From Octopus sinensis (lineage: Eukaryota), in contig NC_043010.1 of NCBI RefSeq assembly GCF_006345805.1, positions 35,154,001 through 35,218,000 on the forward strand: 64,000 nt of DNA, in the 5' to 3' direction. The stretch's first letter is position 1. Each line of letters begins with the position of its first letter. The notes under the pieces were generated by a model. It was given only the letters and a program-made list of their open reading frames with translations. It searched no databases and was not told the origin of the DNA. Both the position numbers and the translations under genes were made by a program. Below, piece after piece: positions 48,484 to 61,611 of the stretch.

Positions 48484-50404
48484 CATCAATCTATACTGTA
48501 ATGGAGAAAGTTGCTTATTAATTAGGTATGTAACAATTACTAAAAGTTCTAAAAGACAGCAATTATTAAAGGGTTGACCATCTGGAAATATTTTTATAAG
48601 TTCATGTTCTATGAAATTTCCTATAATTTTGATTTCTCAAGATAATTGAAATGTTTATACTCTAATTTCTTATATGTTTAAATATGTTTAAATATTCATT
48701 GCATTCATTTTGACCAATTCTTCACAAATTTAAATATTCATTGCATTCACTGCGGAGTATTCCATTTTTATTTGCAAAGTCTCACATTCTCTTTTAATGT
48801 TTTCATTTCAAGTTTTAATTCGATATTTGGAAAACCGACAGTTTAATTCTATTAATGTATATGTAATGTAAAAACATTATTAATTGAATGAAAATTTTTT
48901 TAAATACCCATATAATTTTAATAAAAAAATTTAAAAGGGATTTTGTTGTTATGGCTGTTTGGAACACTATAAGCCTTACAATAATAACTATCCAGACCGA
49001 TTTTGGCCTTTTCCCCTTTTCACTTTCAGATGTATTGATGTTTTTTCAATATTTTTTTCCCATTAAACACATTTTATGGAATGATGATGCTGAAGTAACA
49101 CACGTGTGGTCCATTGGTGGAAAAAAAAACTAAATAAATTGTAATCTAAATTTTTACCCCCACCATCACTTTGAAACCGCAACCTGTTCACTGACAAAAC
49201 TTCGTGCTGCATCACTTTTATGAAGCTTTGTCAGTGAACAGGTTGCGGTTTCAAAGCAACGAAAATATTTTGACACAAATTAAATTTAAATGTTGAAGTG
49301 AAACTAATGGTTTTTGTATGTTTTTGAATGGCTTACAAACATCTCCCATGCTGCAATTGTTTTTGTTCCAGCACACAATCTCAGATCAAGTCACTTGCTA
49401 TATAAGTATATCACTGTAATTTTTTTTAAATCACTATGGATAAATGCCAGTAGTGACCTTTACAGACTCTCCAATATTTTAATTTTTAAACAGAAACAAT
49501 CGGGGACTGGGTTGCAAAAATATTTATAATTTCTCAAATTTTCTTTTTTATAGCTTATAAATGTATTTATGGGGGCAAAATATTGAAAATATCAATACAT
49601 GCAAGAGTGATAAAGTAACGAGGAGGGTTGTCTTTAGATGTGCTAGAAATAACAGCCAAATTGCCCTTAAATTACTCACTTTTCCCTCTGAAAATAATAA
49701 GAATTTCTTTTTAATTTTCTTACTGAAAATGTTCTTCCCATGGTTTTGAAATAATCTATGCCATTTGAAAGGGATTTGTATAAATTTTCATCAAAAGATA
49801 CCCATTTTCCTGAAAGTTATGAGGGAAAAAAGTCAGATCGTGTGAATTTTCCAAAACACCTCTCTCCATCCCCTTGGAAAAATTCTTTCCCATAAATCCC
49901 TATATACTCTGAAGCCACAACATCTAAGTGGTATTTGTAGAAAATTTTGTTAAAAAGAATCCATTTTTCTGGATGTTATGTCGGGAACATATACATCTGT
50001 AGTAATGCCCATTCATTAGGTTGAGGAAAAAGTTTGTGTGCCATGTTAAGCATTATTTTTAAAATAGTGCTTAACACAGTACACAGACTATTTCCTCAGC
50101 CTAGTATTTATACAATTTTTTTCTTTTCATGTTTATTTCATTCATTGTTTGTAATATTCTCTCTCTCCTTCTCTATTTCTCTCTCTCTCACACACACACT
50201 GCAAAGCTTACAGATGGGCTGCTGAATTGTATGTTGCTTGAAAGAGAAGGTAAAACTTGACAAATTGCTTCTCCCTCTGTTGTTGGACTAAAACTGTTAT
50301 TGTTTAAAAGAGAGAGATTATGACTGTGATAAAATAATGAAAGCAATATTTACTAAGCAAGTGAGCACTATTAAACAAAGAAATAATTAGACATAAAATA
50401 TAGA

Positions 50405-50498
50405 GCCCGCATAGCTCAGTCAGTAGAGCATCAGACTTTTATGACTGAATCTTCACAGAGTCATCTGAGGGTCGTGGGTTCAAGTCCCCCTGCAGGTG
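50405..50498 (+). tRNA. tRNA-Lys(TTT) with a 21-nt intron at position 37/38 (50442-50462), probable pseudogene
   Basis: GCCCGCATAGCTCAGTCAGTAGAGCATCAGACTTTTA[tgactgaatcttcacagagtc]ATCTGAGGGTCGTGGGTTCAAGTCCCCCTGCAGGTG. The D-loop GG is changed to AG, and there are mismatches in the acceptor and T stems. Confidence 0.85.
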
Positions 50499-50854
50499 AA
50501 GCATTTGTTTTATAGGCGTAGGAGTGGCTGTGTGGTAAGACTAAAACTCTTCAAAACAGTGCTCCAGCATGGCCACAGTCAAATGACTGAAACAAGTAAA
50601 AGAATAAAAGAGTGTGCATGTAAATGAAAGAACATAAAGATAAGTACTTCCTTCAAAATTTTATTTCATATTTCAAAAAATATTCTGACAGTGGACATTC
50701 AAAAGAAAGCCAAGCTTGGCTTACCGACTGATGATCAGAAATGAGAAACTCTGAGTACTGGAAATCAGAGCCTCTCAGTTAAATGTATCAAACAATACTC
50801 TAAATTTGTAATGAGCCCTGTCATTTGTTGCTTCTAGTAAATCAACAGATATAT

Positions 50855-51032
50855 ATAGGTGTAGGAGTGGCTGTGTGGTAAGTAGCTTGCTTACAAACCT
50901 CATGGTTCCGGGTTCAGTCCCACTATGTGGCACCTTGGGCAAGTATCTTCTACTATAGCCTCGGGCTGACCAAAGCCTTGTGAGTGGATTTGGTAGATGG
51001 AAACTGAAAGAAGCCCATCGTATATATGTATA

Positions 51033-51075
<43 letters not shown>

Positions 51076-51293
51076 TGTGTGTGTGTATATATATGTATAT
51101 ATATATGTGTGTATATATATGTATATATATGTGTATATATATGTATATATATATATGTGTGTATATATATGTATATATATGTGTATATATATGTATATAT
51201 ATATATGTGTATATATATGTATATATATATGTGTATATATATATGTATATATAAGTATATATATGTGTGTATATATATGTATATATAAGTATA

Positions 51294-51348
<55 letters not shown>

Positions 51349-51409
51349 GTATATATATATAAATGTGTATATATATATGTATATATATATATATAATATA
51401 TATATATAT

Positions 51410-51444
<35 letters not shown>

Positions 51445-51535
51445 ATATATATGTATATATATATTTATATGTATGTATATATGTATGTATGTATGTGTGT
51501 GCATACGTTTGTGTCTGTGTTTGTCCCCCCACATA
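50855..51535 (+). mobile_element. SINE family A with internal (TA)/(TATG)/(TG) tract expanded to about 480 bp; 3' part missing
   Basis: Family A head at about 50855-51020, compound microsatellite to about 51500, then tttgtgtctgtgtttgtccccc. Confidence 0.85.
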
Positions 51536-52390
51536 TTGAGTTCTAACACTCAATATATATATTGCTATGCCTAAGCGAATTCTTAAAATATTTACATAGA
51601 TAGGAAGAGAGATAGATAGATATGATGAGCTTCTTTAAATTTCTGCCAACCAAATCCACTCACAATATTCTGGTCAGCTGAGGGCTAGAGTAGAAGACAC
51701 TGGCTCAAGGTGCCATGTAGTGGGACTGAATTCAGAACTATGCATGTGGTTGGGAAGCAAAATTCTTACCACACAGCCATGCTTGGTCCTAGGTGCAGGA
51801 GTGGCTGTGTGGTAAGAAGCTTGCTTCCCAACAACATGGCTCCGAGTTTAGGCCCACTACATGAAACCTTGGGCAAGTGTCTTCTACTATGGCCTTGAGC
51901 CGACCAAAGCCTTGTGAGTGGATTTGGTAAATGGAAACTGAAAGAAGTCAGTCCTCAATCAAACCATCTAACCCATGCCAGCATGGAAAGTGGATATTAA
52001 ACCATGATGATGATAATGATGATGTTTGTGTTTGCCCCACCTCCCAATCACTTGACAACCGATGTTGATGTGTTTACATCCCCGTAACTTAACACTTCGG
52101 TAAAAGGGACTGATAGAATAAGTTCTAAGCTTACAAAGAATAAGTCCTGGAATCAATTTGTTCAACTAAAGGCAGTGCTCGAGCATGGCCACAGTCAAAT
52201 GACTGAAATGAGTAAAAGAGTATCTAATCATACACACACACACACACACACATATATAAATTTTCTTCCTCTTCTCTCTCACTCACTCTTTCTTTTTATA
52301 ATCAATATTCCTGAGATAATGACACAAATGTTGAATAAAACCAGTGAACCACTGATGTCCACCAGTTTCTATTGTCCATATAAATATATA

Positions 52391-52903
52391 TGTATATATA
52401 TAAAACTGTAGTTGTGTGAGTGTCTGTCCCCTTCGATTTAGATTCCTAACTACTCCCAGATTTTGCGGTGCAGTTTAACCAAATTCGGGTATCTTATAGT
52501 CGTGATTCATATCGAGCCCATCTGAGTATTAGCGCGCGTCTACGATGAGTCTACGATTTTAAAAATAATTTAACATCATTTTTTATTCCATTTTAATGCA
52601 TAATTTTTCATGTGTCGATGGCGGCGGAGTTGGCGTCCATGGTCACACCTGCACCTGTTTGCTTCTCCCCCTTCTTCCCTCCCCCGTGAAGCTGTGGGGA
52701 AGGGAGTGTAAGGAAATCAAGGTCGTAAAGCGTTGTCAAGGAGACCAGTGTTCTTTTAGAACAACGACTTCATGGCTTGAAGACACCAAAACAGAAATGG
52801 CTAAGAAAGCCCGAATTGGCATCTATAAGGGAAGTAACTCTCTAAAAATGCTTATATAGTTATTTCCCTTACAAACCCGAGCAACGCCGGGCGATACTGC
52901 TAG
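52391..52903 (+). mobile_element. Non-autonomous Helitron
   Basis: Starts (t)gtatatatataaaactg...gtgtctgtcc. Ends with hairpin cccgagcaacgccggg, then cgatactgCTAG|t. A similar 3' end is at about 24035-24064. Confidence 0.8.
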
Positions 52904-54232
52904 TGTATAATAAAAAAAAGCACAAACAATTTTCAAAGAAATATTGTTTTTTTTGTAAAAAATAAAAAAAGAAAAAGAAAAAAAAAAAGAAGTGGGTGAT
53001 GATAATTTATATTGGTTGATGGCAAAAATGGGTAACCAGTAGCACTCAGGTTACATACAGTCCTTTATAGCTTTTAGTAAGACATATATAAATATCAAGA
53101 TTATATAAACATAACTGTTTACTAAAATTTCATAGCATATTCCGTTGGTCTAATAAAGTAAATTTGAACAATTTTGTTTCTTTCTCTCTCACTCACACTT
53201 TCTCTCTATTAAGATTTTAGAATTTGCTTAGGGTAATATATAGTGATCCCTGTATTACAGACAAGGTTTATTCAATTAATACTTTAACCCTTTTGATACC
53301 AACCTGCTTGAAACTGCCTCTGACTCTGTAGTAGAAATGTCTTGTTTTCAAAAGTTCTGAATTAAAATCTTCCACCAAAGCTTAGTCGCAATTTATGTTC
53401 CTAACACTAGTTTAGTGATAAGTTATTTTACTAAATTCTTTGTCATATTTAAAATTAATTGTAAAAAAACACAGAGCATCTCAACAGAAATATGGTAACA
53501 AAAGGGTGAATGGTGTAGCTCAATATATGATGAGCAACATCTCAGAAGGCTTGCTGCTAAAATAAAGGTTGCTGATGCTTGATCTTCGAACTGAGGCAGA
53601 GTAAAGACAGTAAGACAGGTAAAGCAGATGGTATAAAACAGAGGTAGTAAGAAGTCAACAAGTTCAATTGAACAAAGACTGTTGTAGTGACTGTAAAAGA
53701 CACAAATCAAATGTGAGCAAATGGCTGAAAGATATTAATATAGGAAGACTTTCTTATCATGTGATGACAGTCATTTTTTTTATGGATGTCAATTTGTCTT
53801 CAAAATAAATGTGTGTGTGTGTGTGTGTGCATATGTGGAGTGAATAGTAACATAATCTTAAACCTATGAAAGATACTCCAGTATATAGGGATCAGTACAT
53901 GTTCGGGTTTTAAATAAGATTTTTTGCCTCTCATAAACAAACATTAGCAAGATGATATGTGTCAGATAACCATGAAAGATCATACAAAACATTGTAAAAC
54001 CAAAGTGTCTGTTTCTGCAGTGTTCATCCATCATCATGAACTCATCCTTACTCACTATCTGATCATCACCAAAGGTTGTAAGACAAATGGTAGCAATTGT
54101 AGAGGACATAGTATGGCCCTTGCTGGATATTGCATTTATTATTAAGAAGATAATAGCATTGTCTGTTCCTGTTAACTGACTCTGTGGTTAGTATGTCCAG
54201 CTCTTTGAACCTTCCCTGCAGTCACCAGTCCA

Positions 54233-54537
54233 TCAATTCAGTAACTCCAATTCAGATATATTTCTTTCTTGGAAAATAATATCAAGTGCCTTCTCCATTG
54301 GTTCATTGGTCCCGGCAAGATTTCTGACAACTTTCTTTGCCCATACAAAATACTGTTGGACCCTTTCTTCAGTCCAGCCAACTGGTGTACTTCGGTTCAA
54401 ATCACGAAGGTTGTATAGTTTGTCTGCCAGTTTCACCAACTTTGCACGGTGGCTGCTATTCTTTGCATGTTCGATTTGCAGTTTCTTACGCTCTGCCTTG
54501 GCTAGACTTTTGTCGTCTGTTACTTCAGCAACAATTC
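54233..54537 (-). CDS. HDDC3: HDDC3/MESH1 last coding exon
   Basis: ttgacag|GA ATT...; IVAEVTDDKSLAKAERKKLQIEHAKNSSHRAKLVKLADKLYNLRDLNRSTPVGWTEERVQQYF... matches human MESH1 (EVTDDK...AKLVKLADKLYNLRDLNR). Confidence 0.95.
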
Positions 54538-55034
54538 CTGTCAACAAAAGAGAGAAAATAGACAGTGAGAGATAGATAAAGGTATTATAAGGTATACAAG
54601 CACCTTCAGGGACTTGTGGTCAAGAATTTGCAATGACATGGTTTTGAATTTGGATTCACCGCATGGCACATTGGGCATGTTATGACACATTACTACTAGA
54701 TTGAATTTGGTAAAGGAAAACTCTGCAAAACATTGCCATATGGATGTATGCTAGAATTGCATATTTGTGTGTTTGTGTATGTTTTGTGTGTGTATGTGTC
54801 TGTATCTGTGATCATGTTGGTATTTTTGCTTACCTCCCTTACTGCTGTTTATATCCCATAGTTTATCAGTTGGACAAATAGAGATCAATAATATAATTAC
54901 AAGACTTGAAAACAAGGACTGGTGTAAATATGATTGACTAAATATTTTTAAAAGCAGTGTCCCAGGATGGTTGCACTCCAGTGACTGAAAGCAATAAAAG
55001 TGTAAAGAATAACACACACACACACATACGTATG

Positions 55035-55195
55035 CATGCATGCATGCATGCATGTATGTATGTATGTATGTATGTATGTATGTATGTATGTATGTATGTA
55101 TGTATGTATGTATGTATGTATGTATGTATGTATGTATGTATGTATGTATGTATGTATGTATGTATGTGTGTGTATATATATATATATATATATAC
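55035..55195. repeat. (TGCA)n/(TATG)n/(TA)n compound microsatellite
   Basis: Directly visible; representative of many such tracts in the window. Confidence 0.95.
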
Positions 55196-56059
55196 ATAAA
55201 TAAGTGGAGGCACATGGCCTAGTGGTTAGAGCAGCGGACTCGTGGTCAAGGGATTGTGGGTTCGTATCTCAGACCGGGCAATGTGTGTGTTTATGAGCAA
55301 AACACCTAAGCTCTACGCAGTTCTGCTGACTCTTTCCTCCTGCATCTTGCAGCTCACCTGCAATGGACTGGCGTCCTGTTCAGGTGGGGAACATATACGC
55401 CAGTCTATTGTAGACACTGTGAATTTGAGCTTAAGATCATACTGGTTTCATGAGCCTACACTGCCACACTGGCTCAACATGACTTGGCAGAGGATGCAGT
55501 TTTTATACTCATATCCAGGAGTAGTTAAGTTGATTCCATCAACCACAATACACAACTGTTACTTGTTTTAATCACCTTGAAAGGATGAAAAGCAAAGTCA
55601 GCCTCAGCAGTATTTGGACTCAAAATGTAGACAGATGAAATACTGCTGAGCATTTTGACTAAGGTGCTAATGATTCTACCAGCTTACCTATGCATATATA
55701 TGTGTATGTGTGTGTGTGTGTGAATGCGCATGTCTCAGTGGTTAGAGCATCAAGCTTACGATCATGAGGTTGTTAGCTTGAATCCCAGACCGGGCTGCGT
55801 ATTGTGTTCTTGAGCAAGACACTTTATTTCACATTGCTCCTGTTCACTCAGGTGTTGAAATGAGTCGCAACGTTGCAGGTGCCAAGCTGTATCGGCCTTT
55901 GCCTTTCCCTTGGATAACACTGGTGGCATGGAGAGGAGAGGTCGGTATGCATTGGCGACTGCTGGTCTTCCATAAAAACAACCTTGCCCGGACTTATGCC
56001 TAGGAGGGTAACTTTCTAGGTGCAATCCCATAGTCAGTCATGACTGAAGGGGGTCTCAG

Positions 56060-56111
<52 letters not shown>

Positions 56112-56582
56112 TTATGAGAGGTAATGGTGTCAAGAAGACCCTAAGGTGTCAGGTAATGCTGAGTCAGTGCTAGCGACAGACTATAGTTAAGCTCCAGTTT
56201 CGGTGATTATGCAAATGAGGTGTCCAACATAGGTCATATATCAGCATGTGTATATATAAAAAAATTAACAGAATGAGATAAAAATCCACGGCTGTGAAAG
56301 ATTTCAGAACAATTATAAATTAGAAGCTGTTTCTGGGATATTTTATATATCCCTTCATCTCACATCCATTTTCACTTCACTCTCTATTTCATATCTTATC
56401 TAGAATAACTATTGCTTAACCAATTTCTCACACCATCTCCGATGAAGGGATATATAAAATATCCCGGAAACAGCTGTAAAACCTATTTATAAATGTTCTG
56501 AAATCTTTTACAGCTTTGGATTTTTAACTCATTCTTGTTAATTTATATATATATATAAGAATATGTCTATATATATATATAG

Positions 56583-59012
56583 GTTGCTGAATAAAGAAAA
56601 TGAATGGGATAAAGAGAGTCTGCCGAATGTTGACCCAACAGAGGGACCAGCTATCCGAGTTGATAGTTCCGTGGTAGCTAAGGCAATTAGAAGCATGAAG
56701 ACAGGGAAAGCCCCAGGCCCATCAGGAATTACTGCAGAGATGCTCAAAATATCTGGCAGTGTCGGCTATAACCTAGTCACCCGTATAGTCAACCAGGTGA
56801 TACACGAAGGAGTCATACCCAATGACTGGTGTAGCAGCATACTAGTCAACTGCTACAAAGGTAAAGGTGATGCCCTGGATACAAATAATTACAGAGGTAT
56901 CAAGCTGTTGGATCAGGTAATGAAGGTTATGGAGAGGGTCATAGCCCAACTAATTAGAGAGAGAGAGTTAGTTTAGATGAGATGCAGTTTGGGTTCGTGC
57001 CAGGGAAAAGCACCACTGATGCTATATTCCTGGTAAGGCAGCTGCAGGAGAAATACCTAGCCAAAGATAAGCCCCTGTACCTGGCTTTCGTTGACATGGA
57101 GAAAGCCTTTGATAGGGTCCCCCGATCCCTCATCTGGTGGTCAATGAGGAAACTAGGGATAGATGAATGGCTGGTGAGGGCTGTGCAAGCCATGTACAGA
57201 GATGCCGTAAGTAAGGTTAGGGTTGGCAACATGTACACAGAAGAATTCAAAGTAGAGGTTGGGGTCCACTAGGGTTCAGTACTCAGCCCCCTCCTATTTA
57301 TCATAGTCCTCCAGGCAATTGTGGAGGAATTCAAGACAGGCTGCCCCTGGGAGCTCCTCTATGCTGACGACCTCGCTCTAATTGCTGAGTCACTATCAGA
57401 ACTGGAGCAGAAGTTCCAGGTGTGGAAGGAGGGTTTAGAATCGAGGGGCCTTAGAGTCAACCTAGCTAAAACCAAAGTACTAATAAGTAGAAAGGTAGAC
57501 AATCCACAAATATCCTCAGGAAGATGGCCCTGCTCGATCTGTAGAAAAGGTGTAGGTAGAAACTCTATAAGATGTACCCAGTGTAAGCTATGGACACATA
57601 AGAGGTGCAGCAATGTCAAAGGTAGGCTAACTGGGAAGATAGTTTTTGTATGTGGCAGATGCTCGGGAGCATTGACCTCCGAAAATCTGCAGAAAACAAC
57701 TTCCGTCACTTTCCGGGGGGAAAAACTAGAAGTAGTTGATAGCTTCCGCTATCTAGGTGACCAAGTCAGTAGTGGGGGTGGGTGCGCTGAAAGTGTAACT
57801 GCTAGAATAAGAATAGCCTGGGCAAAGTTTAGGGAGCTCTTACCTCTGCTGGTGACTAAAGGCCTCTCGCTCAGAGTAAAAGGCAGACTGTATGATGCAT
57901 GTGTACGAACAGCTATGCTACATGGCAGTGAAACATGGGCCGTGACTGCTGAGGACATGCGTAAGCTCGTGAGGAATGAAGCCAGTATGCTCCGATGGAT
58001 GTGTAATGTCAGTGTACTTACTCGACAGAGCGTTAGTACCTTGAGAGAAATGTTGTACCTAAGAAGCATCAGTTGTGGTGTGCAAGAGAGACGATTGCGC
58101 TGGTATGGTCATGTGGCGAGAATGGATGAAGATAGGTGTGTGAGAAAGTGCCAATCCCTAGCAGTTGAGGGAACCCGTGGAAGAGGTAGACCCAGGAAAA
58201 CCTGGGACGAGGTGGTGAAGCACGACCTTCGGACATTAGGTCTCACCATGGAAATGACTAGAGACCGAGACCTATGGAAGTATGCTGTGCGTGAGAAGAC
58301 CCGGCAAGACTAGTGAAGCCATATCCCGTGGCCCCTACCTGGGACGTAGTCAGTCCACCTGTGCATACCTTCCTTATTGTGACACTTGAGAAGATCTGTT
58401 GAGGCAAGTGAAAATCAAAATCAAAATCAAAATCAAAACCAAATCAAAATAGATGTACATCAATGGAATTTGTATCCTATTTGTATCCTTTATGGTACCA
58501 GTGCCGGTGGCACATAAGAAAGCCATCTGAACGTGACCGTAGCCAGTACCGCATCGACTGGCCTCCGTGCTGAAGGCACGTAACAAACACCATCCGAGCA
58601 TGGCTGTTCGCCAGCCTCGTCTGGCACCTGTGCCGGTGACACATAAGAAAACACCATCCGAGCGTGGCCGTCTGCCAGCCTCGTCTGGCACCTGTGTCGG
58701 TGGCACATAAAAAACACCATCCGAGCGTGGCCGTCTGCCAGCCTCGTCTGGCACCTGTGTCGGTGGCACATAAAAAATACCATCCGAGCGTGGCCGTCTG
58801 CCAGCCTCGTCTGGCACCTGTGTCGGTGGCACATAAAATCACCCACTACACTCTCGGAGTGGTTGGCATTAGGAAGGGCATCCAGCTGTAGAAACACTGC
58901 CAGATCTGACTGGCCTGGTGCAGCCTTCGGGCTTGCCAGACCCCAGTTGAACCGTCCAACCCATGCTAGCATGGAAAGCGGACGTTAAACGATGATGATG
59001 ATGATGATGATG
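56583..59012 (+). mobile_element. Young 5'-truncated RTE-clade LINE with PHD-like finger, about 700-bp 3' UTR and (GAT)n tail
   Basis: RT motifs KAPGPSGI, NYRGIKLL, QFGF, FVDMEKAFDRV, GVH*GSVLSPLLF, LLYADD, FRYLG. One frameshift in a (GA)n run near 56960 and one nonsense codon at 57270-57272. Flanking direct repeat aag(a/g)atatgtctatat acts as TSD. Confidence 0.93.
58500..58835. repeat. 63-bp tandem array (about 4-5 units) inside the RTE 3' UTR
   Basis: (a)caccatccgag recurs at 58587, 58651, 58714 and 58777. Confidence 0.9.
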
Positions 59013-60132
59013 AAGGATATGTCTATATGTGTATATATATATATATAGTGTTGGGAACTGCTCAAGCATTGAACCTGATACCTTAGGTATAAATATTTTT
59101 CAAATTAAAGATAAGAAATCAGAGAAATTCAACAATTCAAAAACATTTCAATACAAACCAAGCCAAAAGGAGTAATTATAATATATTTAATGCATCTCTC
59201 ATTAAAAAGTTCAATATCAAAACAGCACTAAAAATATTCAATATCGAAACAATACTAAAAATTTCAAAATTACAGACACACCAAAAATATTAAAGATATA
59301 ATAGACATTATATGTTCAACAAATTATGCAAATCTATGAAAATAAATCAACAATGGTGACAAGCTGGTATTTTATAAATAATGTAGAAATAATTTACAGA
59401 AACATGTCATTGCACAGAGAACACTGACATATTTTTCACATATCTTTCTGCATGTATCTGTGTCTGGTGAGCAATAATATTTCTGTGCATATATGTGTGA
59501 TGTGTATGTACATAAGCTTGTGTCATTGTATGTGTGTATAAGGTTTGTCTATGTGAATGCTTATGTGTAAAGATGTGTATGTGTGTATAAGTATCTATAT
59601 GTTTGTGTTTGCATGTGTATGGTGTATGAGTATGCTTGTATGTATGTTAACGTTTGTATGTACCAGTGTGTATATAATATAAACGTGATATAAGGTGGTG
59701 AGCTGACAGAAACATTAGCATGTTAGGTGCCAGGTGAAATGCTTAGCAGTATTTTGTCTGTCTTCACGTTCTGAGTTCAAATTCTGCCATGGTCAACTTT
59801 GCCTTTCATCCTTTTGAGGTCGATAAATTAAGTACCAGTTGCATGCTGGGGGCCATCTAATCGATGACCACCACCCCACCCCCCACCCCCGCTCCCAAAA
59901 AATTTCAGGCCTTATACCTAGAAAAGAATATAAATGTGATATGAATATATTAATTAGGTACAGGCCTGGTGGTGTGGTCAAGATGTTTACTTTATAGCCA
60001 AGGGGCTCTTGGCTTGATCCTACTGTACAGCACCCTGGGCAAGTGTCACCTGCTTTAGCCTTAGTCTGAGCAATATTTTCTGAGTGGAATTTGGTATATG
60101 GGAGCTGTGCAGAAGTTCATTAGATATAACAT

Positions 60133-61472
60133 ATATGGCTGACCCAGAAAGACATGGGATGAAGTGGTAAGGACTGATCTCAGGAGGTTGGACCTCACTG
60201 AGGAAATGACTATGGACTGAGATGTCTGGCAGTATGATATTCTTGAGAAAACCCACCCATATCAGCGAAACTGAGTTCTAGAAGTACTGTGTGTCCTGCC
60301 CACACTCTACCACAACGAACCAAACTACGTCTCTACATCTCTTCTCTTCCTCACATTTCTGCTTCCTGTACTACGATTACCTACCACTCTCCAATTTTGT
60401 CCTCTTGATCTGGTGCCATTGTATGATTGCTTTCTGCTTGCTCCCGACCTGTGCGTTCTACCCAGATGCCTTGTCTCACTCTATTATTGCCATCTGCTAG
60501 CCCCCAACTTGAGTGTTCCATCCATACATAACAAGAAAACTTTTCCCATACCCCACCTCAACAAACCAATCTACATCTCCTTTTTCTCACATTTCCCCCT
60601 TCATTCACTATGTTCTGCTGTATCATTGCTATCTGGTACCCCTCCAACTCTAGATATACCCAGGTCTTTCGCCACTTACTTGCACTCTCTTTGCAATACC
60701 CTGTCACTTATATTATGGCATTTGAACCTTAAGGGTATATCCTGGCACTTATCACTATCTATATCTTTCTCTTCCTTTACTCAACCATCTCATTTATACT
60801 CTGATCCCCGTTTCTTGTGAGTATGCCTGGCATTTTGCTACCATCTCCCACTATCTCTCACTCTTTCTCCTGCACTTCCTTAAGGTTGGGCAACCATGTA
60901 TTTTCTTTGTGGCAGCACACCTGTCTCTGTATTCATTCCTGATCTTTCTCTCTCCAGCTGGGTAATCTTGTACTTCCTCTACAGCAAGACACCTGTACCT
61001 GTCTCACTATAACCTTTTCATCATCACCTCCTCCAATGCCTGCCTCTCCTCTTAAAAGTTTTTGTCTTGCAAGTACTTGGTGACCCTGTTAGTGCAGGTG
61101 CCACATAAAAACACCCAGTCCACACTGTAAAGTGGTTGGTATTCAGAAGGATATTCAGCTGTAAAAACCTTGCCAAAACTGATCTTGCCTGTGCTTGTGC
61201 CACGTAAAATGCACTACTCATCCCACCTGTGCTTGTGCCATGTAAAAACACTACTCACCTCACCTGTGCTTGTGCCACATAAAAAGCACTAAGTCCACTC
61301 TATTGAGTGGTTGGTATTAGGAAAGGCGTCCAGCTGTAAAAATCCTGCCAAAACAGTCACAGAAGTCTGGTGCAGGCTTCGGCCTGGCCAGCTCTTGTGG
61401 TACTATTCCACACATGCTGGCATCGAACATGGACGTTAAATGGTGATGATGATAATGATGATGATGATGATA
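60133..61472 (+). mobile_element. RTE LINE 3' fragment with long pyrimidine-rich UTR
   Basis: RPRKTWDEVVRTDL coding end. The UTR ends atggacgttaaatggtgatgatgat. Confidence 0.7.
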
Positions 61473-61611
61473 TCATTGGGCTGTTCGATGAAGACAAGCA
61501 GGCTGAAACTTCAAACTCACTGTCACTCTTGTTAAATCATTTATATATATATCTACCCATAATAACAAGCAATAGTGTGTGTATGTGTGTGTGTGTGTGC
61601 GTGTGCATGTG

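Noticed and set aside
724-55222. Many 60-220 aa ORFs rich in YI/HT/CV/MY repeats (e.g. 724-1092, 3015-3257, 44471-45010, 50900-51553, 54751-55215)
   Set aside because: They are translations of (TA)n, (CA)n and (TATG)n microsatellites, with no splice or homology support.
57321-58313. 330-aa ORF as a host zinc-finger gene
   Set aside because: It is the C-terminal part of the RTE ORF2, preceded by a nonsense codon and frameshift and enclosed by the element's TSD.
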